A stretch of 64,000 nt of DNA from Candidatus Moraniibacteriota bacterium (GTDB taxonomy: Bacteria > Patescibacteriota > Minisyncoccia > Moranbacterales > UBA1568). The position numbers and the translations under genes were made by a program. Of the stretch, positions 45,239 through 53,720 are shown in pieces (position 1 is the stretch's first letter; each line of letters starts with the position of its first letter). The notes below the pieces were generated by a model. The model did no database searches, was not told the DNA's origin, and saw only the letters and a program-made list of their open reading frames with translations. The stretch is taken from the NCBI GenBank assembly GCA_018061645.1, contig JAGOTT010000004.1, positions 4,784 to 68,783 of the forward strand, read 5' to 3'.

Positions 45239-46123
45239 TTATTTCAGTTTTTTCCAATCGAAGTTCCATGGGTCGGTCTTGCGACCGGGAGCGATATCGT
45301 CGTGCCCAACGACGTATTTCACGCCGTGTTCCCGTTTCAGATAAGCGACGAGATCGTTCACTGCCTCGTACTGCACGGTCGCATACTCGTCGTCTTCGGC
45401 ATTCAGTATCTCGATGCCGATGGAAAATCCGTTCACATTCGTCCGACCGTCAGGCATCTTCGAATTCCCGGCATGATACGCGATATCCTGGTCTTCGACC
45501 AGGCGCAGGATATTCCCCTTCCGATCGATCATATAGTGCGGCGCGACCTCGTAGCTCTTCCAGATATCGATCACTTTGTCGACCGAATACCGGTCACCAC
45601 CCTGATTGTTATACGATGAATGCAGCACGACCGTGTCGATTGTTCGTCCGGGACTCTCGGCGTATCCGAAGGAAACCAAGCGGTCTTTGACCGCGATTTC
45701 GGATTGCGGATCTGGAATCACGGATTTCGAATCCTGCTGGCCGTTGTCTGCTCCCTGTTCCTTGCTCCCTGTTCCTTGCTCCATGGTTTCCGTTGCCTTC
45801 TGTTCGACAAGATCCTTCGCTTCCTTCGCTTTCTCCAACGCCTCCATCCCGACCGAGAGACGATTTTCAGTTGTTCCCTGCTCTTTGTCCCCTATTGATT
45901 GTTGACTGTTATCTGCCGGCTGCTGACTGATTGTTGCCGGATTCTCCACGCTCACACTCGACCCCGAAGAGCCAATGAGAAGATACCCTGTCCCGAGAGC
46001 CATGACTGCCACTGTGATGATGATTCCGAAAAGCCCCATACGGGTAGACGTAGGATTGCAAGATGGAGAACGGAAAGTCGATACATTCATTATACATGAA
46101 ACCCGCATTCCTGCGGGTTTCAT
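45239..46123 (-). CDS. membrane-anchored N-acetylmuramoyl-L-alanine amidase (Amidase_2/PGRP-like)
   Basis: ...VVLHSSYN...YHAGNS...GIEILNAEDD...VVGHDDIAPGRKTDP, plus an N-terminal TM and a Q/E/G-rich linker. Likely start MGLFGIII near 46039. Confidence 0.75.
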   Translation of the reverse strand: MKPAGMRVSCIMNVSTFRSPSCNPTSTRMGLFGIIITVAVMALGTGYLLIGSSGSSVSVENPATISQQPADNSQQSIGDKEQGTTENRLSVGMEALEKAKEAKDLVEQKATETMEQGTGSKEQGADNGQQDSKSVIPDPQSEIAVKDRLVSFGYAESPGRTIDTVVLHSSYNNQGGDRYSVDKVIDIWKSYEVAPHYMIDRKGNILRLVEDQDIAYHAGNSKMPDGRTNVNGFSIGIEILNAEDDEYATVQYEAVNDLVAYLKREHGVKYVVGHDDIAPGRKTDPWNFDWKKLK

Positions 46124-46145
46124 TCTTTGGCAGATTCAGAACAGC

Positions 46146-46403
46146 TTATTTCTTTCCCTTTTTCTTCCCGACAGAGAGAAGGAGTGCTGCGGCCGCGCCG
46201 AGAGCAGCCCCTACGCCGGCCGCGATTGCCGCCGCTTTTTCCGGGTTTTTCTTCATGAAATCCTCCGCCTTCCTGATCGCCGTATCGACGGATTTCTTCA
46301 TCTTCGCCGCCTCCCGCTCGACTGCGGCACGGCTCTTGTCGAGCTCTTTTTCCACCTTCACCTTCACTTCCGAGACTCCGTTTGCAAGCGTGTTTTTCGC
46401 CAT
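46146..46403 (-). CDS. DUF883/ElaB-YqjD-like membrane-anchored protein
   Basis: Coiled-coil N-terminus and a C-terminal KNPEKAAAIAAGVGAALGAAAALLL anchor. Confidence 0.5.
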   Translation of the reverse strand: MAKNTLANGVSEVKVKVEKELDKSRAAVEREAAKMKKSVDTAIRKAEDFMKKNPEKAAAIAAGVGAALGAAAALLLSVGKKKGKK

Positions 46404-46482
46404 ACATTTGTCATTAAATACATATTACCCTGCCTCCACTCGACCACGAAAATCATCCCTCATCCATATCCATTCACACGAT

Positions 46483-46824
46483 TTATTTCCTCCAAAACGC
46501 CGAGAAAAGCACCGCTGAACCGAACACGAGAATGCCGACCAGAACGGACCCGACCCCCGGGACACCGTAAATAGAGGAAAGCATTTCCGCGAATCCGGAC
46601 AAGAGGAACCAGAGACCGAATACCGCGAGCATCATAGCAAAAGCCCGCCGAGCAAGTCTGGTAACGATGTCGTCCAATCCCGCCGAGACGCTCCCGAGCA
46701 GACTCTCGACGAGCGACTTGACGCTCCCGAATACCGTCTCGAAAATCCAGCCCGCATCCCATATGCCGCCGGAACCCTTTTCCTTCTTCGTCTTGTTCCC
46801 CTCGGGAACGATTTCTATTTTCAT
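46483..46824 (-). CDS. YqjE-like (DUF1469) two-TM inner-membrane protein
   Basis: 113 aa with two C-terminal TM helices, directly upstream of the DUF883 gene (as in the E. coli yqjD-yqjE pair). Confidence 0.4.
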   Translation of the reverse strand: MKIEIVPEGNKTKKEKGSGGIWDAGWIFETVFGSVKSLVESLLGSVSAGLDDIVTRLARRAFAMMLAVFGLWFLLSGFAEMLSSIYGVPGVGSVLVGILVFGSAVLFSAFWRK

Positions 46825-46934
46825 ATGTTTCTCTTTATTTCTCTATACGGACTATAGCAGAAAATTGATTTCAGGAAAAGCCGTCCGCAACCGATGTATA
46901 CAAAAAGCTCCCCTCATCGGGGAGCTTTCTTTTC

Positions 46935-47008
46935 TGGAGCGAGATACGGGAATCGAACCCGTGCCCTAACCTTGGGAAGGTCATGTACTACCATTATACT
47001 AATCTCGC
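46935..47008 (-). tRNA. tRNA-Gly (anticodon CCC), CCA encoded
   Basis: GCGAGAT/ATCTCGC acceptor, TGACC-TTCCCAA-GGTTA anticodon arm, ACGGG-TTCGATT-CCCGT T-arm, 3' TCCA. Confidence 0.85.
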
Positions 47009-47123
47009 ATTCACTGAAACGGACGGGATTATGCCCTAACCTTGCCTGCCCGAATCGCAATGCTTCGCTTGCGAATCGTTGCGGGCGGGGGAAGGCCACG
47101 TATTACCACTATACTATACCCGC
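47009..47123 (-). pseudogene. degenerate tRNA-Gly(CCC)-like copy with a 45-nt hairpin inserted in the anticodon loop and a deleted T-arm
   Basis: 5' half GCGGGTATAGTATAGTGGTAATACGTGGCCTTCCC, then a GC hairpin (47049-47090), then AAGGTTAGGGCA identical to the neighbouring tRNA-Gly. There is no acceptor 3' strand. Confidence 0.55.
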
Positions 47124-47235
47124 TTCGGCACGGGGATATTGTAGCACGAAAATATCCCGTGTAAAGACCGCGAACGGCTTTCCAAAAGCGCTTCGCCATG
47201 ATAAAGTGGCTTGGTAAAAATCATCGAACATCATC

Positions 47236-48654
47236 ATGGCTGCATTCTTCACCCGCGGGCGCATCATCGCTCTTTCCCTGCTTGCGCTCGTCACGATATC
47301 GGGTTTCTTCCTCTTTTTTTACGCAAAGGAACACAAGGAAGAATTCGCCGCGGGCGGGCTCTCCCTCTTCGAAAAGGTGTCGCGACTGCTTCCGCTCGAA
47401 CCCGACACGAAAAAGGAAATCGAGACTGTGAATACCCTCGTCTCCCACTTCACCGAAAACGACGGGAAAACGTACACGCTTCTCCTGCTTCTTCAGAACA
47501 ACTATGAGCTCCGCCCCGGCGGAGGATTCCTCGGACAATACGGCATCCTCAAGGTGCAGAACGGAAAAATTCTCTCGTTCACCTTCGAAGACGCGAATCT
47601 TCTCGACCAACGCATCACGGCAAAAGTCACTCCGCCGTGGCCGCTCACCCGATACGCGCAGATCAAGAAGTGGAAATTCCGCGATTCGAATTTCTCACCG
47701 GATTTCCCGACAAATGCCGCGAAGGCCGAGTATTTCTATCGTTTGAGCGGTGGACGGACGCAGTTCGACGGAGTCATCGCAGTGAATGCGGATGTCCTCA
47801 ACCATGTCATCGGAGTCGTCGGATCGATCACTGTCCCCGGATTCGGCACCTATACCGCGGAAAATGCGGCGATCGACCTCGAGGAGGATGTCGAGCGAGC
47901 CTATCTCGGCGACGATGTCCCGGCCGAACTCAAGCAGAATCGAAAGAACGTCATGAAGATTCTGTCCGCCGAAATCGTGAAGCGGATCGGAAGTATCGGC
48001 GATATCCAAAAACTCGCGAACCTCGGCCTCGAGGAACTCCGCAATAAAAACATACAGCTGTTCTTCAAGGATGCGACGCTCCAGGAAAAAGTCGCGAGCG
48101 TCCACTGGGACGGAGCTGTATCGAAAGAGTGGAGCAAAGACTATCTCATGATCGTCGACGCCAACCTCGGCGCGCTCAAGACCGACTACTATATGAGACG
48201 CTCACTCGAATACACCGTCGATTTCACCGGCGAAAAGCCGAAGGCAACCGTCCTTCACACGTACGATCACACGGCGACCCGTGGTGACTGGCGGACGAGC
48301 GACTATCACACCTACACTCGCATCCTCGCCCCGTCCGGTTCGAAATATATCGACCAGAGTCGGATAAAGACCGGCGGCGTCTCGTCCCAGGAATCCACCG
48401 AGTGGAGCAAGACGGTCTTCGGATACAAGGTCGACGCGCTCATCGGTACGACACTTCCGACCGGCATCAGTTACGAGCTCCCGTCGACCATCACCCCGGA
48501 AAACTACGAGCTTCTCATCCAGAAACAGTCAGGCACCGGAACCATCCCCGTCAAAGTGACACTCAGGACGAGAGAGAAGGAATACGTGGAAACATTCGAG
48601 CTCAAGAAAGACCTCCGGGTATCCATCAAGACGACGGAGGAACAGAAGAACTAA
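47236..48654 (+). CDS. DUF4012-family protein with N-terminal TM anchor
   Basis: YELRPGGGFLGQYG motif. Confidence 0.55.
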   Translation: MAAFFTRGRIIALSLLALVTISGFFLFFYAKEHKEEFAAGGLSLFEKVSRLLPLEPDTKKEIETVNTLVSHFTENDGKTYTLLLLLQNNYELRPGGGFLGQYGILKVQNGKILSFTFEDANLLDQRITAKVTPPWPLTRYAQIKKWKFRDSNFSPDFPTNAAKAEYFYRLSGGRTQFDGVIAVNADVLNHVIGVVGSITVPGFGTYTAENAAIDLEEDVERAYLGDDVPAELKQNRKNVMKILSAEIVKRIGSIGDIQKLANLGLEELRNKNIQLFFKDATLQEKVASVHWDGAVSKEWSKDYLMIVDANLGALKTDYYMRRSLEYTVDFTGEKPKATVLHTYDHTATRGDWRTSDYHTYTRILAPSGSKYIDQSRIKTGGVSSQESTEWSKTVFGYKVDALIGTTLPTGISYELPSTITPENYELLIQKQSGTGTIPVKVTLRTREKEYVETFELKKDLRVSIKTTEEQKN

Positions 48655-48678
48655 CCAGCGAAATCATAACGGACCAAT

Positions 48679-50445
48679 ATGGAACATGATCACCTCTACA
48701 GGATACGACATTCGCTCGCGCACATCCTCGCCATGGCGCTCAGGAAACGCGACCCGGGAGTGATGCTTGCGACCGGCCCCGTCACCGAAGACGGTTTTTT
48801 CTACGACGTGCGCTTCTCGGAAGGCGTCACCGTTAGCCCGGACGACTTTCAGAAGATCGAAAGCGATATGCGCGGCATCATCGCGCGAAAACTTCCCTTC
48901 GTCCGCCGGATCGTCACGGCCGACGAAGCGAGGGCTATCTTCGGAAAGAATCCGTTCAAGATGGAAATCATCGCCGAGCTCGAAAAGACTGGTACGGAAA
49001 TCACCGTTTACGAAACTGGGGATCCCGGATCGGAGTCCGGAACAAGCTTCACCGACCTCTGCGAAGGCCCCCACATCGGAAGTACCGGCGAGATTGACCC
49101 GGGATCTTTCACGATGAAAGGCATCGCCGGGGCATACTGGCACGGCGACGAACGGAATGAGATGCTTGTCCGAATTTCAGGGATCGCCTTCGAAACGAAA
49201 GCCGACCTCGAAAAATACCTTACCATGCTCGAGGAAGCGAAGAAGCGCGATCACAAGAGACTCGGCGTGGAACTCGATCTCTTCTTCATCGACGAGGAGG
49301 TCGGCAAAGGGCTCCCGATGTGGACCCCGAAAGGTACCGCCATCAAGTTCGCGCTGGAAGACATGACGCGATCGCTCGAACGCAGATACGGCTACGACCA
49401 CGTGTGCACCCCGTACCTCGGAAGCGAGCGCCTCTACAAGGCGTCCGGGCATCTCGATCATTACAAGGAGAATATGTACGCGCCCATCGACATGGACGGC
49501 AATCTCTTCTATCTCCGACCGATGGCCTGTCCACACCACATCCGGATGCTCATGCGGAAACCGATCAGCTACCGCGACCTGCCTGTCCGTTACGCGGAAA
49601 TCGCCGACTATAACCGCTACGAGAAATCCGGGGAACTCATGGGCATGATCCGTCTTCGGAAGTTCCAACTGACGGATGCGCACATCTTCGTCGCGCCGGA
49701 ACAGCTCAAGGAGGAATTCAAGAGCGTCTGTTCGCTCATTCGCGAAGGCATGGAAAAACTCGGGCTCGCCGACGCCGTCTCCTACCGATTCTCGAAACGG
49801 GATCCGAAAGACATGCACAAATACTATCCTGACGACGAACTCTGGGAAAAGGCCGAATCCGTGATGAAAGAGGCACTCGACGAATCGGGTTTCTCCTACA
49901 CGGAAGCCGAGGGCGAGGCCGCCTTCTACGGACCGAAGTTGGACGTGCAGGGACGGAACGTGAACGGGAAAGAGGACACGCTCTTCACCGCGCAGATAGA
50001 TTTCCTCCTTCCGGAAAAATTCGGACTCGAGTACACGGACCAGCACGGCGCGAAGAAGCGTCCGGTTATGATCCATCGCTCTGCTATCGGCGCACTCGAA
50101 CGGACATTCGCGTTCCTCATCGAACACTACGCCGGCGCGTTCCCCTTCTGGCTCTCACCGGTACAGACCCGCGTGATACCGATCAGCGAAACCGAGCGGG
50201 CATACGCGAAAAACATTCTCGAAAAACTCCGCGTCACGGGAATCCGCGCCGACATCGACACGTCCGATGAGACGCTCGGAAAGAAGATCCGGAACGCGAA
50301 ACTCGAGAAGATTCCCTATCTCCTCGTCATCGGAAAGAACGAGATGGCGAACGGAACCGCCACGCTCGAGAGTCGCGACCGAGGAAAGATCGGCGAAAAG
50401 ACTCCGGAAGAGATCGTGGAACTTTTCCGGAAAGAATCGGAGTGA
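48679..50445 (+). CDS. thrS: threonyl-tRNA synthetase lacking the N-terminal TGS domain
   Basis: Starts in the editing domain (HSLAHILAMAL...) and continues through the class II core and anticodon-binding domain. Confidence 0.9.
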   Translation: MEHDHLYRIRHSLAHILAMALRKRDPGVMLATGPVTEDGFFYDVRFSEGVTVSPDDFQKIESDMRGIIARKLPFVRRIVTADEARAIFGKNPFKMEIIAELEKTGTEITVYETGDPGSESGTSFTDLCEGPHIGSTGEIDPGSFTMKGIAGAYWHGDERNEMLVRISGIAFETKADLEKYLTMLEEAKKRDHKRLGVELDLFFIDEEVGKGLPMWTPKGTAIKFALEDMTRSLERRYGYDHVCTPYLGSERLYKASGHLDHYKENMYAPIDMDGNLFYLRPMACPHHIRMLMRKPISYRDLPVRYAEIADYNRYEKSGELMGMIRLRKFQLTDAHIFVAPEQLKEEFKSVCSLIREGMEKLGLADAVSYRFSKRDPKDMHKYYPDDELWEKAESVMKEALDESGFSYTEAEGEAAFYGPKLDVQGRNVNGKEDTLFTAQIDFLLPEKFGLEYTDQHGAKKRPVMIHRSAIGALERTFAFLIEHYAGAFPFWLSPVQTRVIPISETERAYAKNILEKLRVTGIRADIDTSDETLGKKIRNAKLEKIPYLLVIGKNEMANGTATLESRDRGKIGEKTPEEIVELFRKESE

Positions 50446-50479
50446 CCCTCCGGACAGAAAAGACGTCGCCGAAAACAGG

Positions 50480-50505
50480 AAACCCGTCCGATCGGACGGG
50501 TTTTT
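50480..50505. terminator. bidirectional terminator between thrS and the RNHCP gene
   Basis: AAACCCGTCCGA-TCGGACGGGTTTTT. Confidence 0.75.
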
Positions 50506-50831
50506 CATCCTCTGAAGAGCGTATCGGAAACGTTTTCCATGACATCGATGACCGCATCGCGGTCGTCTTCCTCCGAAATCCGGTTCTCCCGCTCGAATCC
50601 GCACAGGACGCACCGATGCAGAAGACGTTCTTCACCCGCTTTCACGGAATAGGCGACCGGCTCCATGAGCCCGCCGCATGATGCCAGTCGATCCCCCGGT
50701 GAAACGTCGACATGCCGGCTCCAAAGACATTTCGGACAATGGTTCGTATATCCATTCCCTTTGATCCGTTGCCCGCAACGAAGACAATCGAATGATTCTT
50801 TCTTCCTGATGAACGCCATACCGATTGACAT
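50505..50831 (-). CDS. RNHCP-domain zinc-ribbon protein
   Basis: CLRCGQRIKGNGYTNHCPKCLWSRH...CVLCG. Confidence 0.65.
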   Translation of the reverse strand: MSIGMAFIRKKESFDCLRCGQRIKGNGYTNHCPKCLWSRHVDVSPGDRLASCGGLMEPVAYSVKAGEERLLHRCVLCGFERENRISEEDDRDAVIDVMENVSDTLFRG

Positions 50832-50853
50832 TTTTACGATACGGCACTATCAT
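50825..50853 (+). promoter_or_regulatory. sigma70-type promoter for the 50888 gene
   Basis: TTGACA, a 17-nt spacer, then TATCAT. The -35 overlaps the ATG of the divergent RNHCP gene. Confidence 0.55.
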
Positions 50854-50887
50854 ACCCCGAACGTTCTTTTCATGAAAGGAGGCTCCG

Positions 50888-51352
50888 ATGCCCGAAACCG
50901 ATATCCTGATACTTGCATCGTTCGACCGATATAACCGGCTTTCCGAAGACGACATCATCGCCGTGTCCGGATGTACGGAACAATCGCTCGAAACGCTTGT
51001 CAGAAGTGGCATCCTTATCCGCGACACCGGGCAACAACAGGGCCCGCGTATCTTCTACCGACTCACGTTTTTCGGAACACTCGCGGCGGCCGACGCGAAG
51101 CGTCGAAAAATCAGGGAAGACCGCCGACTTGATTCGGGAGCGATGTTCTTCGCGAAAGGAACCGCCAGAACCGGGTTTCCGATCCCGACAAGCGGACAAC
51201 CTTCGTCGAGCCTGGAAACGAAATGGAAACACTCCGACGGCAGCGGCCCGAGCCACGCGGAAAGGATGCGACGGAAAACGCTTGCGGAAGATATCGCCAG
51301 ACTCCACCCGGATCTCGCCCTCCCGAAAACACGACGGGGATGGAAACGCTGA
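50888..51352 (+). CDS. hypothetical protein with a wHTH-like N-terminus and a disordered basic C-terminus
   Basis: GGAGG SD 6 nt upstream, promoter upstream, terminator hairpin downstream (51364-51393). Confidence 0.55.
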   Translation: MPETDILILASFDRYNRLSEDDIIAVSGCTEQSLETLVRSGILIRDTGQQQGPRIFYRLTFFGTLAAADAKRRKIREDRRLDSGAMFFAKGTARTGFPIPTSGQPSSSLETKWKHSDGSGPSHAERMRRKTLAEDIARLHPDLALPKTRRGWKR

Positions 51353-51422
51353 TCGGAAAAAATGAGGCGGGGACTTATAAAAGTCTCCGCCTCTTCCATT
51401 TTTATCCGAAAAGACCGGGGTC

Positions 51423-51968
51423 CTATCTTATTCCCATGAGTTCCGTCTCGAACACGAGCGTCGCATTGGGTGGGATGGCCGCACCCGCGCCACGCGCACC
51501 GTATCCGAGCGAAGCCGGAATCGTCAGTTTCCGTTTCTCGCCGACTTTCATGTCAAGCAATCCCTGATCCCACCCCTTGATGACCCTGCCCGCCCCGAGC
51601 TGGAAATCAAGCGGCTTTCCAGCATCAAGACTCGAATCGAACTTCGTCCCATCGAGGAGCGTCCCCGTATAGTGCACGCTGATCGTATCGCCTGCCCTCG
51701 TCTTCCGATCGCCTTCCCCTTCCTTCACGACTTCGATCTTCAGTTTCTCTTCCATAGCATTTTCCGGTTTCACCTGATTAGCCTTCGGCTGCTCCTGTTT
51801 CGGCTGCGTCGCTACCTTTTCGGTCTCATCGCCCGGAATCCGTATCTCACCGACACTCGATTTTCCGGTCTGTTTCGGCGTTGTCGGTTCCTGTTCGAGA
51901 TTCTTCCAGAAATACCACGCTCCGCCGAAGAACGCGGCGACGGCAAGAAATGCGAATATCTTGTTCAT
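51423..51968 (-). CDS. FKBP-type peptidyl-prolyl isomerase with a signal anchor
   Basis: ...[15 protein letters not shown]...[26 protein letters not shown]. Confidence 0.85.
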   Translation of the reverse strand: MNKIFAFLAVAAFFGGAWYFWKNLEQEPTTPKQTGKSSVGEIRIPGDETEKVATQPKQEQPKANQVKPENAMEEKLKIEVVKEGEGDRKTRAGDTISVHYTGTLLDGTKFDSSLDAGKPLDFQLGAGRVIKGWDQGLLDMKVGEKRKLTIPASLGYGARGAGAAIPPNATLVFETELMGIR

Positions 51969-51993
51969 GTTTCCCTGAAATACGGATTACGTG

Positions 51994-52066
51994 AGCGGGT
52001 GATGGGAATCGAACCCACATCTCGACCTTGGAAGGGTCGCATAATAAGCCACTATACTACACCCGC
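51994..52066 (-). tRNA. tRNA-Gly (anticodon TCC)
   Basis: GCGGGTG/CACCCGC acceptor, CGACC-CTTCCAA-GGTCG anticodon arm, GTGGG-TTCGATT-CCCAT T-arm. Confidence 0.8.
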
Positions 52067-52094
52067 ACGCTTGTTCCTTGTCTCCCGTTAACTG

Positions 52095-52841
52095 TTATTT
52101 GTTTCCTGTAACTACCGGTCCGGTCAACCCGGTAAACGGATCGATCTTGATTTCCGCTTCCGGAATGCCCATTCCGAGCAACAGCGCTTTCATCGCATCG
52201 GCGAACGCCGGCGCACCGATGACATAATAATGGCAATTCACGGTATCTGGCAAGTGCTTCCGGATCATATCGGCCGTGATGTACCCCCGTTCCTCGCAGG
52301 ACTCCGTCGCCGGATCCGTCGCGTCCGACAACGTCCAGACATAGTGGAAATCCGGAAGAAGCACGGATTTCAGATCGTCATGAAACGCCGCATCCTTCAG
52401 TTCGCGATTGGAATAGAAAAGGTAGTATCCGCGTCCGTCCGCGTTCCGCACGGCGTCGCGGATCATCGCCCGGACCGGGGCGATACCGACCCCGCCGGCG
52501 AGGAGTACGATGGCTTTCCCGTCGTTTTCCGGGATTGTGCAGTGTCCGACGGCTTTGGTGGAACCGATAGCGTCGCCCGGTTTGAGATCCCACATCGTTT
52601 TCTTGAACCCGGTGATGCCTTCACGCATCACGAAATGGAGTTCGTCCTCATACGGCGCGGATGCGATCGAAAACGACCGGATACCGCCCCGCTCATCAGG
52701 GCTCACGAGCCTCGAAGCCTCGATCCGAAGCGCGACATACTGCCCGGCTTGAAAGGTAAAATCGTCCGGTTTCGCGAAAATGAAAAGACGCGTCCCGTCG
52801 GCGACCTCCTCGAACCGTTTCAACGTAAGGATATATTCCAT
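52095..52841 (-). CDS. FNR-family FAD/NAD(P)-binding oxidoreductase
   Basis: RSFSIAS FAD motif and LLAGGVGIAP NAD(P) motif. Confidence 0.75.
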   Translation of the reverse strand: MEYILTLKRFEEVADGTRLFIFAKPDDFTFQAGQYVALRIEASRLVSPDERGGIRSFSIASAPYEDELHFVMREGITGFKKTMWDLKPGDAIGSTKAVGHCTIPENDGKAIVLLAGGVGIAPVRAMIRDAVRNADGRGYYLFYSNRELKDAAFHDDLKSVLLPDFHYVWTLSDATDPATESCEERGYITADMIRKHLPDTVNCHYYVIGAPAFADAMKALLLGMGIPEAEIKIDPFTGLTGPVVTGNK

Positions 52842-52857
52842 AATAAATCATTTATCT

Positions 52858-53059
52858 TGGTCGGGGTGCAGGGAATCGAACCCTGTCAACATTCCCTCCG
52901 GAACCGCGACAGCCCCCGGACTGTCGGACGATACCGCCGTCGGGGCACTCGGAATCGAACCGAGACTACCTGCTCCCAAAGCAGACGTACTGCCACTATA
53001 CTATGCCCCGACGCCGCTATCGTCCCCGCGCATGCGTACTACCGGTATACGACACCCCG
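52858..53059 (-). pseudogene. diverged tRNA-Pro(GGG)-like gene split in two, with the tRNA-Pro(TGG) gene between the halves
   Basis: 5' part (53059 down to 53011): CGGGGTG-TC-GTAT-ACCGGTA-GTAC-G-CATGC-GCGGGGA. 3' part (52939 down to 52858): ...CAGGG-TTCGATT-CCCTG-CACCCCG-A-CCA. The acceptor strands are complementary to each other. The arms GGACGATA/TATCGTCC bracket the inner tRNA. Confidence 0.5.
52940..53010 (-). tRNA. tRNA-Pro (anticodon TGG), no encoded CCA
   Basis: CGGGGCA/TGCCCCG acceptor, TCTGC-TTTGGGA-GCAGG anticodon arm, CTCGG-TTCGATT-CCGAG T-arm. Confidence 0.8.
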
Positions 53060-53200
53060 AAATAACATGACTCGGAATCCCTGCCCGCCTTTGGCGGGGA
53101 ACCGAGACTAAATCTCCTTCGGGACCACGACAGTCCCCCGGACTGTCGGATGATGATGCATCATCCCCAAACCACTTGTACTACCACTATACTATGCTCC
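53060..53200 (-). pseudogene. degenerate tRNA-Pro(TGG)-like 5' half followed by GC-rich hairpin insertions and a T-arm-like fragment
   Basis: CGGAGCA-TA-GTAT-AGTGGTA-GTAC-A-AGTGG-TTTGGGG, then ATGATGCATCAT, then CGACAGTCC-GGG-GGACTGTCG, then CTCGG-TTC[CCCGCCAAAGGCGGGCAGG]GATT-CCGAG. There is no matching acceptor 3' strand. Confidence 0.4.
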
Positions 53201-53315
53201 GAGGACCTATCCCAGTCTACCGATATCGGAGGAAAAAGCAATATCCCGCCACCATACGGGAAGCGGGATACGGCCCTATCTTTTTGTCTTGAGCGTCGCT
53301 CGAAACATCCGATAA

Positions 53316-53597
53316 TTATTTCACCGCTTCCTTGAGTGCCTTTCCTGCGGTGAACTTCGGAACGGTCATGGCCGGAATGGTGATCTTGGCCTTGGTCTGC
53401 GGATTGATGCCTTCACGGGCAGCGCGAGCGGACACGCGGAACGTTCCGAAGCCGGTGAGCGTCACTTTGTTGCCCTTGCGGAGCTCCGAAGTCACTTCAT
53501 CGACGAAAGATTCCACGACCGCCTCGACATCCTTCTTCGAAAGATCCGTCTTCGCCACGATCGCGTGGACGAGCGCATCCTTATTTACGTTTGTCAT
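53316..53597 (-). CDS. hup: DNA-binding protein HU
   Basis: ...LTGFGTFRVSARAAREGINPQTKAKITIPA... Confidence 0.9.
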   Translation of the reverse strand: MTNVNKDALVHAIVAKTDLSKKDVEAVVESFVDEVTSELRKGNKVTLTGFGTFRVSARAAREGINPQTKAKITIPAMTVPKFTAGKALKEAVK

Positions 53598-53720
53598 TGG
53601 TTTCCACCTGCCTTTCTAGTTTTCCGCCCCGGCGAATGCCGAAGGCTGTATGTCATTACCTCCAGATACCATTCTAACTTTTCGCTGAAAAAAAGCAAAT
53701 TTTCTGATTCAAGTCAAGGG

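Noticed and set aside
45239-46824. Phage holin-endolysin lysis cassette
   Set aside because: The two small membrane proteins match the YqjE/DUF1469 and ElaB-YqjD/DUF883 architecture better than holins. No integrase, terminase or other phage genes are present in the window.
52858-53059. Functional intron-containing tRNA spliced around the inner tRNA-Pro
   Set aside because: After removing the insert, no complementary 3' anticodon-stem strand (GCATG) exists and no BHB motif can be drawn. It is more parsimonious to read it as a disrupted or degenerate gene copy. Flagged for experimental test, not asserted.
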